Shown: piece by piece, positions 53,135 to 64,000 of the stretch
How the letters are laid out: each line of letters starts with the position of its first letter
Numbering within the stretch: the stretch's first letter is position 1
DNA from: the human T2T-CHM13v2.0 reference genome, Homo sapiens
Length of the DNA stretch: 64,000 bases
Assembly: GCF_009914755.1 (NCBI RefSeq)
Contig: NC_060937.1
Reading direction: 5' to 3' (one strand)
Program-made: the position numbers and the translations under genes
The notes under the pieces: generated by a model
The model's database searches: none
Told to the model about the DNA's origin: nothing
The model's input: only the letters and a program-made list of their open reading frames with translations

Positions 53135-56100
53135 GTGCCTCTAACAGTATTATAAGGAAAAATTATGGAATGAGCTGGTTCACAAACAGCAAATGCTGTA
53201 TTTCAAATGCATGGGTGACAAATTCATATTTATATTTCCACTGCCATGTATGGGGTTTAACCCCAAGCTAAACAGCTTCCAAAGGAAGGGACTGTTCACT
53301 GTGGTTGTCTGTTCAACGCTTGATTGTCCTGAGGCATTTTTTTTCTAGTGTTGGAACCCTCTGGTTCTCTTCCCTCCTACCTTTTGCTACTTCATTTTTA
53401 TTTTCTGCACAATTCTATTCCAGAAGGAACTGTCAGTTATGTAAATCAATGTGTTCTTGATTTATAATAAGTTTGTTAGCCGAGAGCTACTGAAACAGTC
53501 ACACTGCACTAGGGTCAGACATGCAAATCCAAGGGCACCCGCACTGAGGCACCCCGGGGCACAAACACCCAGCTAAAGGCCCAGGAGAAGGGTCTGCGAC
53601 CCATGGAGGGATGCAGAGACAGCTGCTCCTCGCCGCATCCAGCACAGAAGGAACCACCACCAACGCCTCGGTGAAGATGACCCTGTGGCAGCACATAAAA
53701 CCCAGGCAACAGGATGGCGGGCTCCAAGAAACAGCCTCCCAGCTCCGTCTAGCACCCAGCAAACCAGGTCCGATGTCAGCAACAACCACGACAACTTGTT
53801 ACTACCAGACAAGATTCAAGAAAGGGGCCTGGTTCCCGCAGCCCACTTTCCTTATTTTGAAGCAGGTGTCTTTACTTACTCAAATGCCTGGAAGTCATGC
53901 TGTCCTACAAGAACTGCTGAAGGAGAATTGATTTGCCTCCCTGGAAATAAGTCTCCTTTTATTACTTACCTGCAGTCCTTTATTCCATAATCTAATTAAC
54001 ATTTGTGATCTCTTGTATCATGCCACATTGTAGAAATTTACTCAGGAATATAGAAGTTTTAGAAAAGAAAGCATATGGCATAATTATTTTATTGAAATAT
54101 ATCAGATGTGTTTAGATACCCCAGACAAGAGGTTTAAATTTGCAGAATGTGCATATTGAGACAAAAAGAACTAAAAATGCCATTAATACTTATTTTAAAT
54201 TATAGGTAACATTAGCCAGAAAACAGAGCTGAATTTCTTTTTGGAGAAGTAAAATATTTAGCCTAATTGGAATTTTAATTCCATTCAACTTTCTGGACAG
54301 AGAAAAACATAAAATGAAGCTGCCAAATGTCTTCGGGGGCTTTCTTCAGTTACACTAGGACAGTGTGTTCAGCAGAGAGAAAGGGATCATAGTCCTTGTC
54401 CTCGGACACATTTCAAAGCAGATCTTTTATATTATCTTCGGCACTAAGCCTACAATTTTTACCCCATAATTGATTGCGAAATGAAATGTACGCCCTTGTG
54501 ATTTCACAGCAAGATTTCCTTGCTGATTTGTTTCGTCGTTGCTGATGTGTTTAGTCCACCCAAAAGCAAACAGCTTTGCTTTTACCCACTACAGTCTGAT
54601 ACCACGGGCTCCATGGACCATTTCAATATTCCACAAAAGCTCAAGGGCAGATCCCTGCACACTAAAGATTTTTCTCAGAGAAAACAGATGTGCTTCTCCC
54701 TCTCCCAGAAGTTGCAGCTGTGCCAGACTGATCAGGGAGGCAGCCGATGACTTCCAAATGGCAAAGGAAGCCTTGGTGCATGGCTGCCCTACACTCATGC
54801 GGGAGGGGACAAAGGTCTCCAGCTTCCCTGTGGGGAGCCATGGGTGGGATGATTTAAGCAGATGAGCAGACACTGATGCAGGGAAGTGAGGACTGTGTCA
54901 AGAGGTGGCAAGCATGCTCGTAAGAACCAGAGAATCCTCATGTTTGGAATAAACAAGTCAGATTTCCAACCCTTGGCGAGGCAGCAAAAGTGGAAGGGAG
55001 AATTGCCACAATCCAAACTGAAGTCACAAGGATAAAGATTTTGTTTATTGCTTAGAGGAAGGGAATTCTCATGGAAAAAAGAAGTCAACTCTGACTGCCC
55101 TACCACATCAAAGGAGGGCGTGAGGCTACTGAGCAAAGAAACAGAAGTCCCCAGCGTCACTGGGCCCCGGTGGGCTGTGGCTGCGCAACCAGAAACCAAT
55201 GACTAGGGTAACTCAATGGCCACCAGACAAAAACCCTCCATGTCCCAGTAAGGGCTCCTCTGGGTGTGTCCCCACACGAGATCAACGATTTGGCTGTTCT
55301 CAAAGAACACTGTGCCCCCTCTTCAATGCAATAAAAATCCAACTTACAAACCTCTGGGGAAATTGCCACTAAAATGAGCTGCACATGTGATCCTGTTTAT
55401 AAAATGTTGCAGACTCTGCTTATTATATTTGCACCACTTAAAGAGAATCACAAACCCAAAACCCATTCCTTTAGAGGGCAGAGTTGATTAATCGGAGCCA
55501 ACAAATGGTGAAAACAGAAGTGGCACAGAAACAGGACAGACATTTGCAAGTAACTCTTAAATCAATTTTGTTTAAAATCACCAGCCAAAAACCTAAGAAA
55601 ACAACGCAGAGAAGTCACAAAACAGACAGTGAAATGCGCAAGCCACATCATCTGCGGGTACACATCCTACTCTCCCCCTCCAAGTTTTAACATGCTGAGA
55701 TTAGAGTAGGACAGTGTTGGGACCCGCATTTCTAGGAGCAAGAAACCCATTTCCGATTCTGGCAGAGGCTAGGTGCCCAGCAGCCCCAGGGACAGGCACC
55801 CCTCAGCTGCCAGGCCCACTCTTCGGCACACCTCTTCTCTGGCCACCTCCCTGCCCGCGGCACAGTCCTGCTTTCCTCACCGCCTTCCTCTGGGGTCTGC
55901 CTCAAAGCCACCCTCCCTGTGAGCTGCTCCCTGACCCCTCCACTGAGGGCTCCAGAAGCCCCACCCAAGCCTCCCTGTGCCCCAGTTTTCTCCGCAGCAC
56001 TTATGAAGGTAGGACTAACCACGTATGTTAGGAATTGGTTTATGGTCTCTCACCACAAACTCCAGGCAGACTATGAACAAAATTTATAAGGCACATTTCT

Positions 56101-56691
56101 TTTTCCCTGCCTGCCAGATCAAAAAGAGTAAGACACCAATGTTTCTGTTCCCTTGTTTTGCCTTCCATGTCACAGATACAGTGACGATGCCCTAGTGAAA
56201 ACCAGGACGCCATGAAAGAGAGGTCAGAACCTCTTGTCCCAATCTCACACTGCTTACCTCAAATGACCTGTCATGCTCTTTGAGGAATTCAAGAGCTCCC
56301 AAAACAGAGGTGGCTCAGGAGACCTGGGCCCTGCTGGCAAAGCTCAGGAGGGCAGCTCCAGCCACTAACACAAATTCTGTGGACCACCCACACCCTGGCT
56401 CTGGACTTGCCCATTGGCTTGTCTCTCATTTAGATAAAAGAAGACGGCACCTTCCTCCCATCCCTGGCGCAGAGCTGGGTGGATACCAGGATGTACAGAG
56501 AAAACTGGCACAGCAATGGAAAAACAACAGGGTACAGCGTCCTGGGGACAGATGCTGTGAACTGTAACACTAACTCTCTAAAGGAATCTACCCTCAATTC
56601 ACCAAGAAAGACCAAGTGGGACTGGCTGCACTCAGCAACTGAGCCACCAACTCACTTCAGGGAGTCCCAAGCCCACACCCCACTACACCTA

Positions 56692-57305
56692 TTTTGGTAC
56701 CAAGAGTGGTTCTAGAGGAACAAAGTCTTATGGATGCATTTTCTGAATTGGTTTTGGAGTTTCTGGAATTGGCTCTCTCATCTGATTGGATCTTAAGATG
56801 CTAATGATGTTGTGTCCAGTTAGCTGAGCACTGATGGTCTATTGTTTGAACTGTTGATAGAGATATGATAGACGTCTGCACTGGATACTCGAAAGACTTA
56901 CAAGAAGGGTCTAAGTTAACTCTGTGTATGATCCCTTCCAACATCTTTGAAAAACTGAGAATATGATGTTGGTTGGTTGCTCCTAATGTCACTGGACAAA
57001 GTGGTGAAAGACTAGGATGAACTAAGGAATTCAAATGCTCAGCTCAAGCACTGCATCAAATCATCTAAGAGCAGCTAGGTGTGGCTGGAGGGAAAGTCTC
57101 TCCTCCTACAGTCACTGGGCTGAGATTGCTGAAAAGCAAAGCCAGGACCTCATCCTGTGATTGGTTGAATGACAAGTTACAAGTTGACCTCCCAGACTCA
57201 TGGGGTGTCTGCTGGTAAAATGAGGGCATTGGTTGGGAAAGAATGGGATCCTGTAACTTGGGATGAGCCCCTAAATTCTGGTGAGTCTTCTCTGCAAGTG
57301 AAAGA
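56692..57305 (+). mobile_element. ERVL (HERV-L/ERVL-B4-like) internal 5' region: PBS plus degraded gag
   Basis: ttttggtaccaagagtggttctagaggaac start; aaaatgagggcattggttgggaaagaatgggatcctgtaacttgg encodes MRALVGKEWDPVTW. Confidence 0.75.
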
Positions 57306-57673
57306 GTGGTGTGTGAGGACCTCTAGGGCTGGACCTGGCTGCCCAAGGCCTGGAACTGAACACCTGGCTATCAGGTTAGATGGACATGAGAGAATGGTTT
57401 CTTTGTCCCTCCTCCCCTGCCGTCTCCCCACTGTACACCCTGCACAAGAATCCAGGAGGCATTACCTGCCCATGTCCTCCTGTCTGCAGACCCATGGCAG
57501 ACACAGCAGGAGCCAGTGGGACAGAAAGGGAAGGGAAAACAGGACAGAGCCAGGCTGAGGCATCCCAGACCGCCACTGGGGAAAAATGTTCTGGTAACTC
57601 TGTCTCCAGATTTTCTGTCTCCAAGAAACCATTCATGATTCCATCCTCAACGGTTCCTTTGAAAACAGCTTCA

Positions 57674-57954
57674 GGCAGGCACGGTGGCTCATGCCTATAA
57701 TCAGCACTTTGGGAGGCTGAAGCGGGTGGATCACTTGAGGTCAGGCGCTTGAGACCAGCCTGGCCAACATGGCGAATCCCTGTCTTTACTAAAAATACAA
57801 AAATTAGCCAGCATAGTGGTGCAATCCCAGCTACTCGGGAGGCTGGGGCAGCAGAATCACTTGAACCCAGGAGGCGGACGTTGCAGGGAGCCGAGATTGT
57901 ACCACTGCACTCCAACCTGGGCAACAAAGCAAGACTCTATCTCAAAAAAAAAAA
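57674..57954 (+). mobile_element. AluS with small deletions
   Basis: Alu dimer; TSD cagcttca on both sides. Confidence 0.92.
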
Positions 57955-60307
57955 CCAGCTTCAAGTAAGGGCCTAATGTTCTCCACACATTCACACTTGC
58001 AAGGCATGAACACATTTCCCAGACGCACGGCAGAGGGAATCCCGCACCTTGGGAATTTAAATCAGGTCAGTCGGGTGGGGATGCGGCACCTGCATTTTCA
58101 CACCCTCCTGGTGTGTTCCCACTTGGAGTGATTGCGTATGGAAAGAAGCACCCTCTCATCAATCCCTTGGAAAAGGTAACTTCTGACTAATTCACTGAGT
58201 CCTGGCTCATCAGCTGAAAGAACTCACTGATGGGGCAGGTGGAATGTCATGTTTCCATGGGGCATTTCAGGGGTGGGGTGCGTCATCGCTTCCCTGTGTG
58301 GATCTGAGAAGGAGAGGGGGCAGGCCAGGTGCAGAGACTGGAAACCCAGGCTTGGACTAGAAGAGTGTTCCAAGAGTAAGCAGGGAGCAGTGATCAGTAG
58401 CCGAGGTAAGGAAGGACCAGCGGAAGCACTGGAAGCCCTGATCAGCAAAGACAAGGTCTTGCTGCCCAAAGCTGAGGGCAGAGGTCACTAGCCTGCCCAC
58501 AGCTGCATTCCACACTCCCAACGGTGACTGACTTCTTAACTGAAAGGACTAAATGCAGGAGCGTGAGCCATACCCACCTGAGGCAGAGAACACGAAAAAT
58601 TGAGACAAAAAGATTTCAGGATAACACAGTGTTAATCAGAACCCTTTAATCCCCTCAATCTCTCAATCTGTTGCTGAAGATTTTAACCTACTGCAGGGTT
58701 CAGCTCCTGTGATGTGCGTGCTAGTGTTACTTTGTGTTTCCTAAGGAACAGGACATTCACAAATACCTTGCAGCTTCTTTTCTCTCAAATCCCACTGCAT
58801 CACTCAGAGAGCTATTTACTGGAAAACAAAACCATTTAAAACATTAATATGCTATTTCAGGAATTGCCTTTTATTTAATGCTTCATGGTCCTTTGTCACT
58901 TCATCTAGTTTTAAAAACAAACATTTTAAGAAATGCATTTCAACCACAGCAAATGAGCAGGAGGCCCACAGAAAGCTATTACTGACTGCACTTAGCATCT
59001 CTGGACTTAGTTCTTCACCACGTTTCCTAAGGCCTCATCTTCCCAAGTGTGTTGGCTGGAGAAGCTATTTAAGAAGGCTCTGCCATGTCTTGATATGGAA
59101 TTGAAATTTACCATTCAGAGAGGGGAGGGGTGTCCCACAATTAAATACTGTCAGGAAATGCTGCATATTAAACCTCCCTTAGAGAGTCCCAAAAGCTCTG
59201 AGAATACTGTAACAGAAACCTGCTAAACCTGATGCGTCCAAACTCATGAGACCAGGTGGCACCTACTAACATCTCAAAGAATGGGACTCCTATGGAAACG
59301 CTACCTTAGGTCAAACCTTCCCACCCCCACCCCCCACCACTCCCGTGACCATCGGCTCGCCAGTCAGTCTGAGACCCTTCTGCCATGCCTCCTCCCACAC
59401 CTCGCCCCTTCCTTCCCCTCCCATCCTCCCCCAACCCGTCCACAAGCCCAACTATGACAATAATTAGATTTAGCACACAGGCAAGTGCTGGGTAGGCCCA
59501 ACTTAATAAAATACAGTGTAAGTGATGTTAGTGGCAAATTTCATGATTCCAGAGACCCAGGAGAACACTGGGATGCTCACACTTTTTAATGACACACCTA
59601 GACTTTTAAAGTCACACACCTCAATGTTCTTAAGTAGCCACATCTTTTCTTACTACATCTGATGAGTAAAACATGCGCGTCCATGTCACACTGGCCAATA
59701 CACATTCAAGTTACTGTTTAAAACTTTGAAATGAGAATATAAGGGGGAAAAAAAGGGAAACCACAACAGAGGGTTCCAACAATATTTATATCACATTATT
59801 TACACCTCTTATGTGTAGTTTCAAACTCTTTAGTCTATAATTAAGCAAAGTGACTAAAAACAATTCAGTTTTCAGGAACTGAAGTCGGGTTCGCTTGCAC
59901 AGCCTCACCGCGGAGTCACAGAAGTGGCCTGTGGAGCTGAGAAACCCCAGGAGGGGAATCGCCCTGAACCTGCACACTCCCTCCTCACAGAGCTGTGGTG
60001 TGCTCCAGACAGGCACTGTGCAACTGTGCAAGGCCCAATCCTCCTCTTCCTCGGCTAGCCAGGGGTGGGGCGGGGGCCAGGAGGGCAGGGGCAGCGAGAG
60101 AGACTCCAGAAGAGAGCCCCAGGAACTGAGGAGGCTGCAACCTACCTATGTCAAAGTTTTAGAACATGAATTTTTCAAGTGAAAATTCTTATTTCCCCAG
60201 CCCCCCCAGTTTAAGAGCAGAAAACCACCTTATCTGAATAATAAACTACAAAAATTAGGTACATGATAGAATCGATTGGCAGAATACAATTCAAGATAGG
60301 TTATCTG

Positions 60308-60421
60308 TATCAAAACAGCTCATGTATCCCATAAATATATACACCTACTGTGTACCCACAAAAATTAAAAATAAAGCTTAAGTAAAAAATTTAAAAACAA
60401 TAAAAAATTTTACAAAATAAA
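60308..60421 (+). mobile_element. Severely 5'-truncated L1MA 3' end
   Basis: catgtatcccataaatatatacacctactgtgtacccacaaaaatt; TSD gttatctg at 60300-60307 and 60426-60433. Confidence 0.8.
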
Positions 60422-61140
60422 GTCAGTTATCTGACACTGGCCAATCCTCATGTATCATCTCTACGGTGAGATAAGCACGATAAGCTGCTCCCCTAGCCCT
60501 GTCTGCTCTCCGACACGGCCCAAGGTCCCCATTTGGCTTTCCCCTGTTGCCCTATCAGTTTGGTGCCTTTATTAAGAAGTTTTCCTAATATCTCCTTCTT
60601 AAATTTCCCCCAATTCCTCGCCCTCTGACCCAGAGTGCTGCTGCCGGAGGTTCTTGCAGAGTCCCCTATGCCATTGGAGGGTCCCCTCTTTAAGCTGCTG
60701 CCCCAGCTCTCCAACCCTAAGCCAGCAGAAAACTCTAAAAACTAATCCAGGAAGCTATTGCCCCGTCTTACTCTGCCCCAACCCTGGCCTCTTGGCCTCT
60801 TGTCCTGAATGGTTCCCTGTCCTGTGTTCCCAAAGGACAACCCTGCCCTGATCATCCAAGCACTTACTCAGGGTGACATCTGCCTGGTTATTTGTCTCTC
60901 TCCCTCACTACACCAAAGAAGTTCTGGGTGCAGGGCCACATCTGCTATGTTCCTATCTGCGTTCCTGGCCCGAAGCAGAGCAGCTGGGTCCAGTAAACAT
61001 AGGAATCAATGAGTTGATAAAAGATGGGGCAGGAGGAAAAGACTGACACCTTACTCTAGGTCTTAAAGCCCTAGAAACAGGGTCTTAGGATCAAGTGGGA
61101 ACAAAGACCTTTAGAAACAAAATGACTTCCACAGTCATAA

Positions 61141-61533
61141 TGCTACGATTTGAATGTGTCCCCCAAAATTCATGGGTTGGAAACTTAATCTCCAATGCCA
61201 CAGGGTTAGGAGGTGGGGCCTTATAAGAGGTACTTGGGTCATAAGGACGGAGCCCTCATGAATGTATTAATGTGGTGACTTCAGGAACAGGTTTGTTATC
61301 GTGAGAGTGGGTCGTTATACAGCAAGTCCTGTCCCTGGTGCCTTTCTCCTTCGCACGAGCTTGCTTGCTCTTCCCACCACGTCATGACACAGCAAGAAAG
61401 CCCTCGCCAGATGCCAGTACCATGTTCTTGGCCTTTTCAGCCTCCAGAACTGTGAAAAATACATTTCCTTATAAATCACCCAGTCTATGGTAACTACCCA
61501 GTCTTTCTGTTATAACAACAGAAAGCTAAGACA
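61141..61533 (+). mobile_element. MST-family (MSTD-like) MaLR solo LTR
   Basis: tgctacgatttgaatgtgtccccc...cagcctccagaactgtga...ctaagaca; 5-bp TSD cataa/caaaa. Confidence 0.8.
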
Positions 61534-64000
61534 CAAAATATGCTACTAGAGGGAGAAGACAGCACTGGGAATCCTAATTTCTTTGGATATGTGAAATTCC
61601 ATTTACAATTTTAAAAAGGAAACACCTGAGAGGACTACTACCTGTGAGGAAAGACAATTCAGATTTTCAGGTAATTAAGGGCTCACACATCCCATAATGA
61701 ATATATTAGAAATACTTTCCATGTGTTTTTTTTTTTTTTTTTCAGTATGGTACAACTGACCACCAACCAGTTAAATGTGCTCTAGGGGCTCCAGGCATAA
61801 ACTCAACTGCCAAACAAATACAGTTTTCAACAGGAGATCCCAATTTACCAAGAGAGTGTTTTTTAAAAAAAACAAGTTAAAGATGAACACAACTCCGCAC
61901 ACTTGTAGCACATTCAGTAGACTGTTACCCAACACTTATATGCACTCAAAGATGGCTGCAGAAAGTCAGAGACTAAGAATGTGCCTGCCGCTCAGTCACC
62001 AGCCATGCCAACAGACCAGTTTTAATTTCCCAAATAGAAGATGAGGGCAGAAACCTGATTAAAACAAACAAAAAGTAATACCAAACTTGGTACATTACTA
62101 AACCAAGAGCTGAAGCTAGAATTCATTTGGTGACCTTGAGTTTATGACCTCCTGGCAGCAAGTGAAAGTTCATTGTTTATATGGCTGCCTCACATTAAAG
62201 TGGCTGCTGCTCATTCACACAGTCTCCAAAAGAAAGGGCAAGGGCAAGGACTGCGGACAGCTTCACGTTCCCCTTGGAAAGTCAGCACGCCAGTGGGAGA
62301 CGTGGAAAGGAGAAGCACATGTAAGAACCAGGAATGACCTTTCTAATACAGCCACACTAGGCAGAGCCTTACAAGGGCACTGCTTCCAAGTGTGACTGTG
62401 AGCTTAAAATATCCTTAGAAGTCATAAAGATAATCTTAAAGGGTAGAAATAAGAGACAGAAAAAAGGTTAACATTGAAGATTTTTCCTTTTTTAAAACTG
62501 CACTAACTGTCATAAAGGAAATGTTCAGAGATGTGACTGCCCCCAGGAACATGCCACGACTCCCACTGACCACAGCAACCAGCCAGAACCACTGCAGCTG
62601 CCCTGCACAGTCCAGCGTCTGTTGACAGAAGCCACCCACGCAGAATCTGCCTCCACCTCCTACACCTGCGATGGCCAAACACTCTCTCCTCATTACTGTC
62701 CCAGAGGGAGATGTGAAGTCTATGGAGAAGACAGAAAGATCACATTTGGGTTAAAATCGACTTCTCCCAGCAGCCATTCCTCAGCTTCCAAAGATATTTT
62801 TACTTTTAAACAGTAAAAGTGAAAGTTCATTCCTAGTTGATTTTCCCAAGCACACAAATGAAAATTTCTCTTCTCTCAACCCTGCAGCCTAACTTAACTG
62901 AAGACAAAAAAAAAACAAACTTTAAAACAACAAACACACACTTGTTCTGATATATCCATCCCTTTAATAATAAGAGAACAGAGCAGGAGAAAGTAGAGCT
63001 TCTGTCAACAACAGTCAAGCCTGTGCAAGGTTGCAATCCATTTTCCAGTCTGTAGCTTTGCTCTGGGAAAATGCAGATTTCTGGTCCACCATGCCTCTTC
63101 CCTGGGTCAGGATCTGGAATAATACCTTCTAGAAAAGTCAGAGCTTAGTCTCTCAAACACTAGCACGAGACTCAGGTCGTGGTGACCACCACAGTGGTTA
63201 ACAGCAATCCCGCTGACAGTTTCTCCTTTAATGCAAGAAGGGAAATAGACTCTTTCAACTTGTCCCCAAATGACAACAGTGGTTCATGGTGAGAATGAAG
63301 CCTACTGTGTGGTGAGGGGCAGACACAAAGCTGTGGAGTCGTCGGTGACTATCTACACAGCACTATCTCAGGGGAACTCCCTGTCCTCAACCAGGAGGAA
63401 GCTGCTAGAGCTTGCTTTCTCTCCATTCATTTCTAAGCCCAGGAGAGGAAGGGCTATTTTTCACCTGAGGTCGCTGATCCCTACCCTTGGCTGGAAGCAG
63501 AGAAACAACAGCCTCCAGTACTCCATCCACATGTGCACAAGGTGTGGATGGAGGCAGGTTCGGGCTGATGAGGAAGGTGCACGTCTGTCTGGGCGACGCT
63601 GACAGAGCAGCTTACCTCCGTGGGAGTCTGTCGATGTCAGGGTCATGTGCCCACTGTCCACTGGGCTGCCATCCCTTTGAGGAGAGGGAGACACTGATGG
63701 GAACCAAAGGATCTTCTAAAGGCAAGTTCTTACCGCAAGCTGGCCCCAAGGTCCCTGTAATCAAAGAAATCATTGTGGTTTTGCATTTGGCATATTTATG
63801 CCCCCTTTCTTCTAGGGACAAGTCTGTCAGCCTCTGAACGGGATCTCAACTTTCAAAAGGAAAAGTGTCCGGAAACACAGATCCACCAAGGTATAAAGGA
63901 GACGAGAGAAAGGCTTCATGCCACACCTCAGTGTAGACAGCAAACATAATAGCAATTCATTCTCAAAAAAGAGCTATAGATCCACTGCTACTTTTAACGA

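Noticed and set aside
57169-57558. 129-aa ORF containing the gag-like MRALVGKEWDPVTW
   Set aside because: Only a short gag remnant; the surrounding gag has stops and frameshifts, so it is not a domesticated gene

Overview
Human (or very close great-ape) genomic DNA at the convergent FARP1/STK24 junction, which I recall as 13q32. The + strand carries the last three coding exons of FARP1 (second PH domain, stop at 6111-6113) and its 3' UTR. The - strand carries nine coding exons of STK24/MST3 (exons 3-11 by my count; 1023 nt = 340 aa + stop, all GT-AG and phase-consistent), its 3' UTR, and about 23 kb of intron 2 running off the right edge. The rest is typical primate intron: Alus, L1/L2/MIR remnants, MER20/MER33/MER58/Tigger4, MLT1/MST LTRs, a solo LTR8 and an ERVL gag remnant. 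I found no new protein-coding gene and no evidence of a wholly new biological system. The best unexplained leads are: (1) a tandemly duplicated 88-bp CCAAT/GC-box cassette just upstream of STK24 exon 4; (2) facing poly(A) signals with G-rich MAZ-type elements between the two genes; (3) a 41-bp templated copy of a neighbouring Alu's 5' end; (4) two AluY elements head-to-head 22 bp apart; (5) a 968-nt uninterrupted purine tract; (6) an Alu with an inverted 5' end; (7) a duplicated hairpin with structure-preserving changes. Repeat subfamily names come from memory of consensus sequences and need RepeatMasker/Dfam confirmation.
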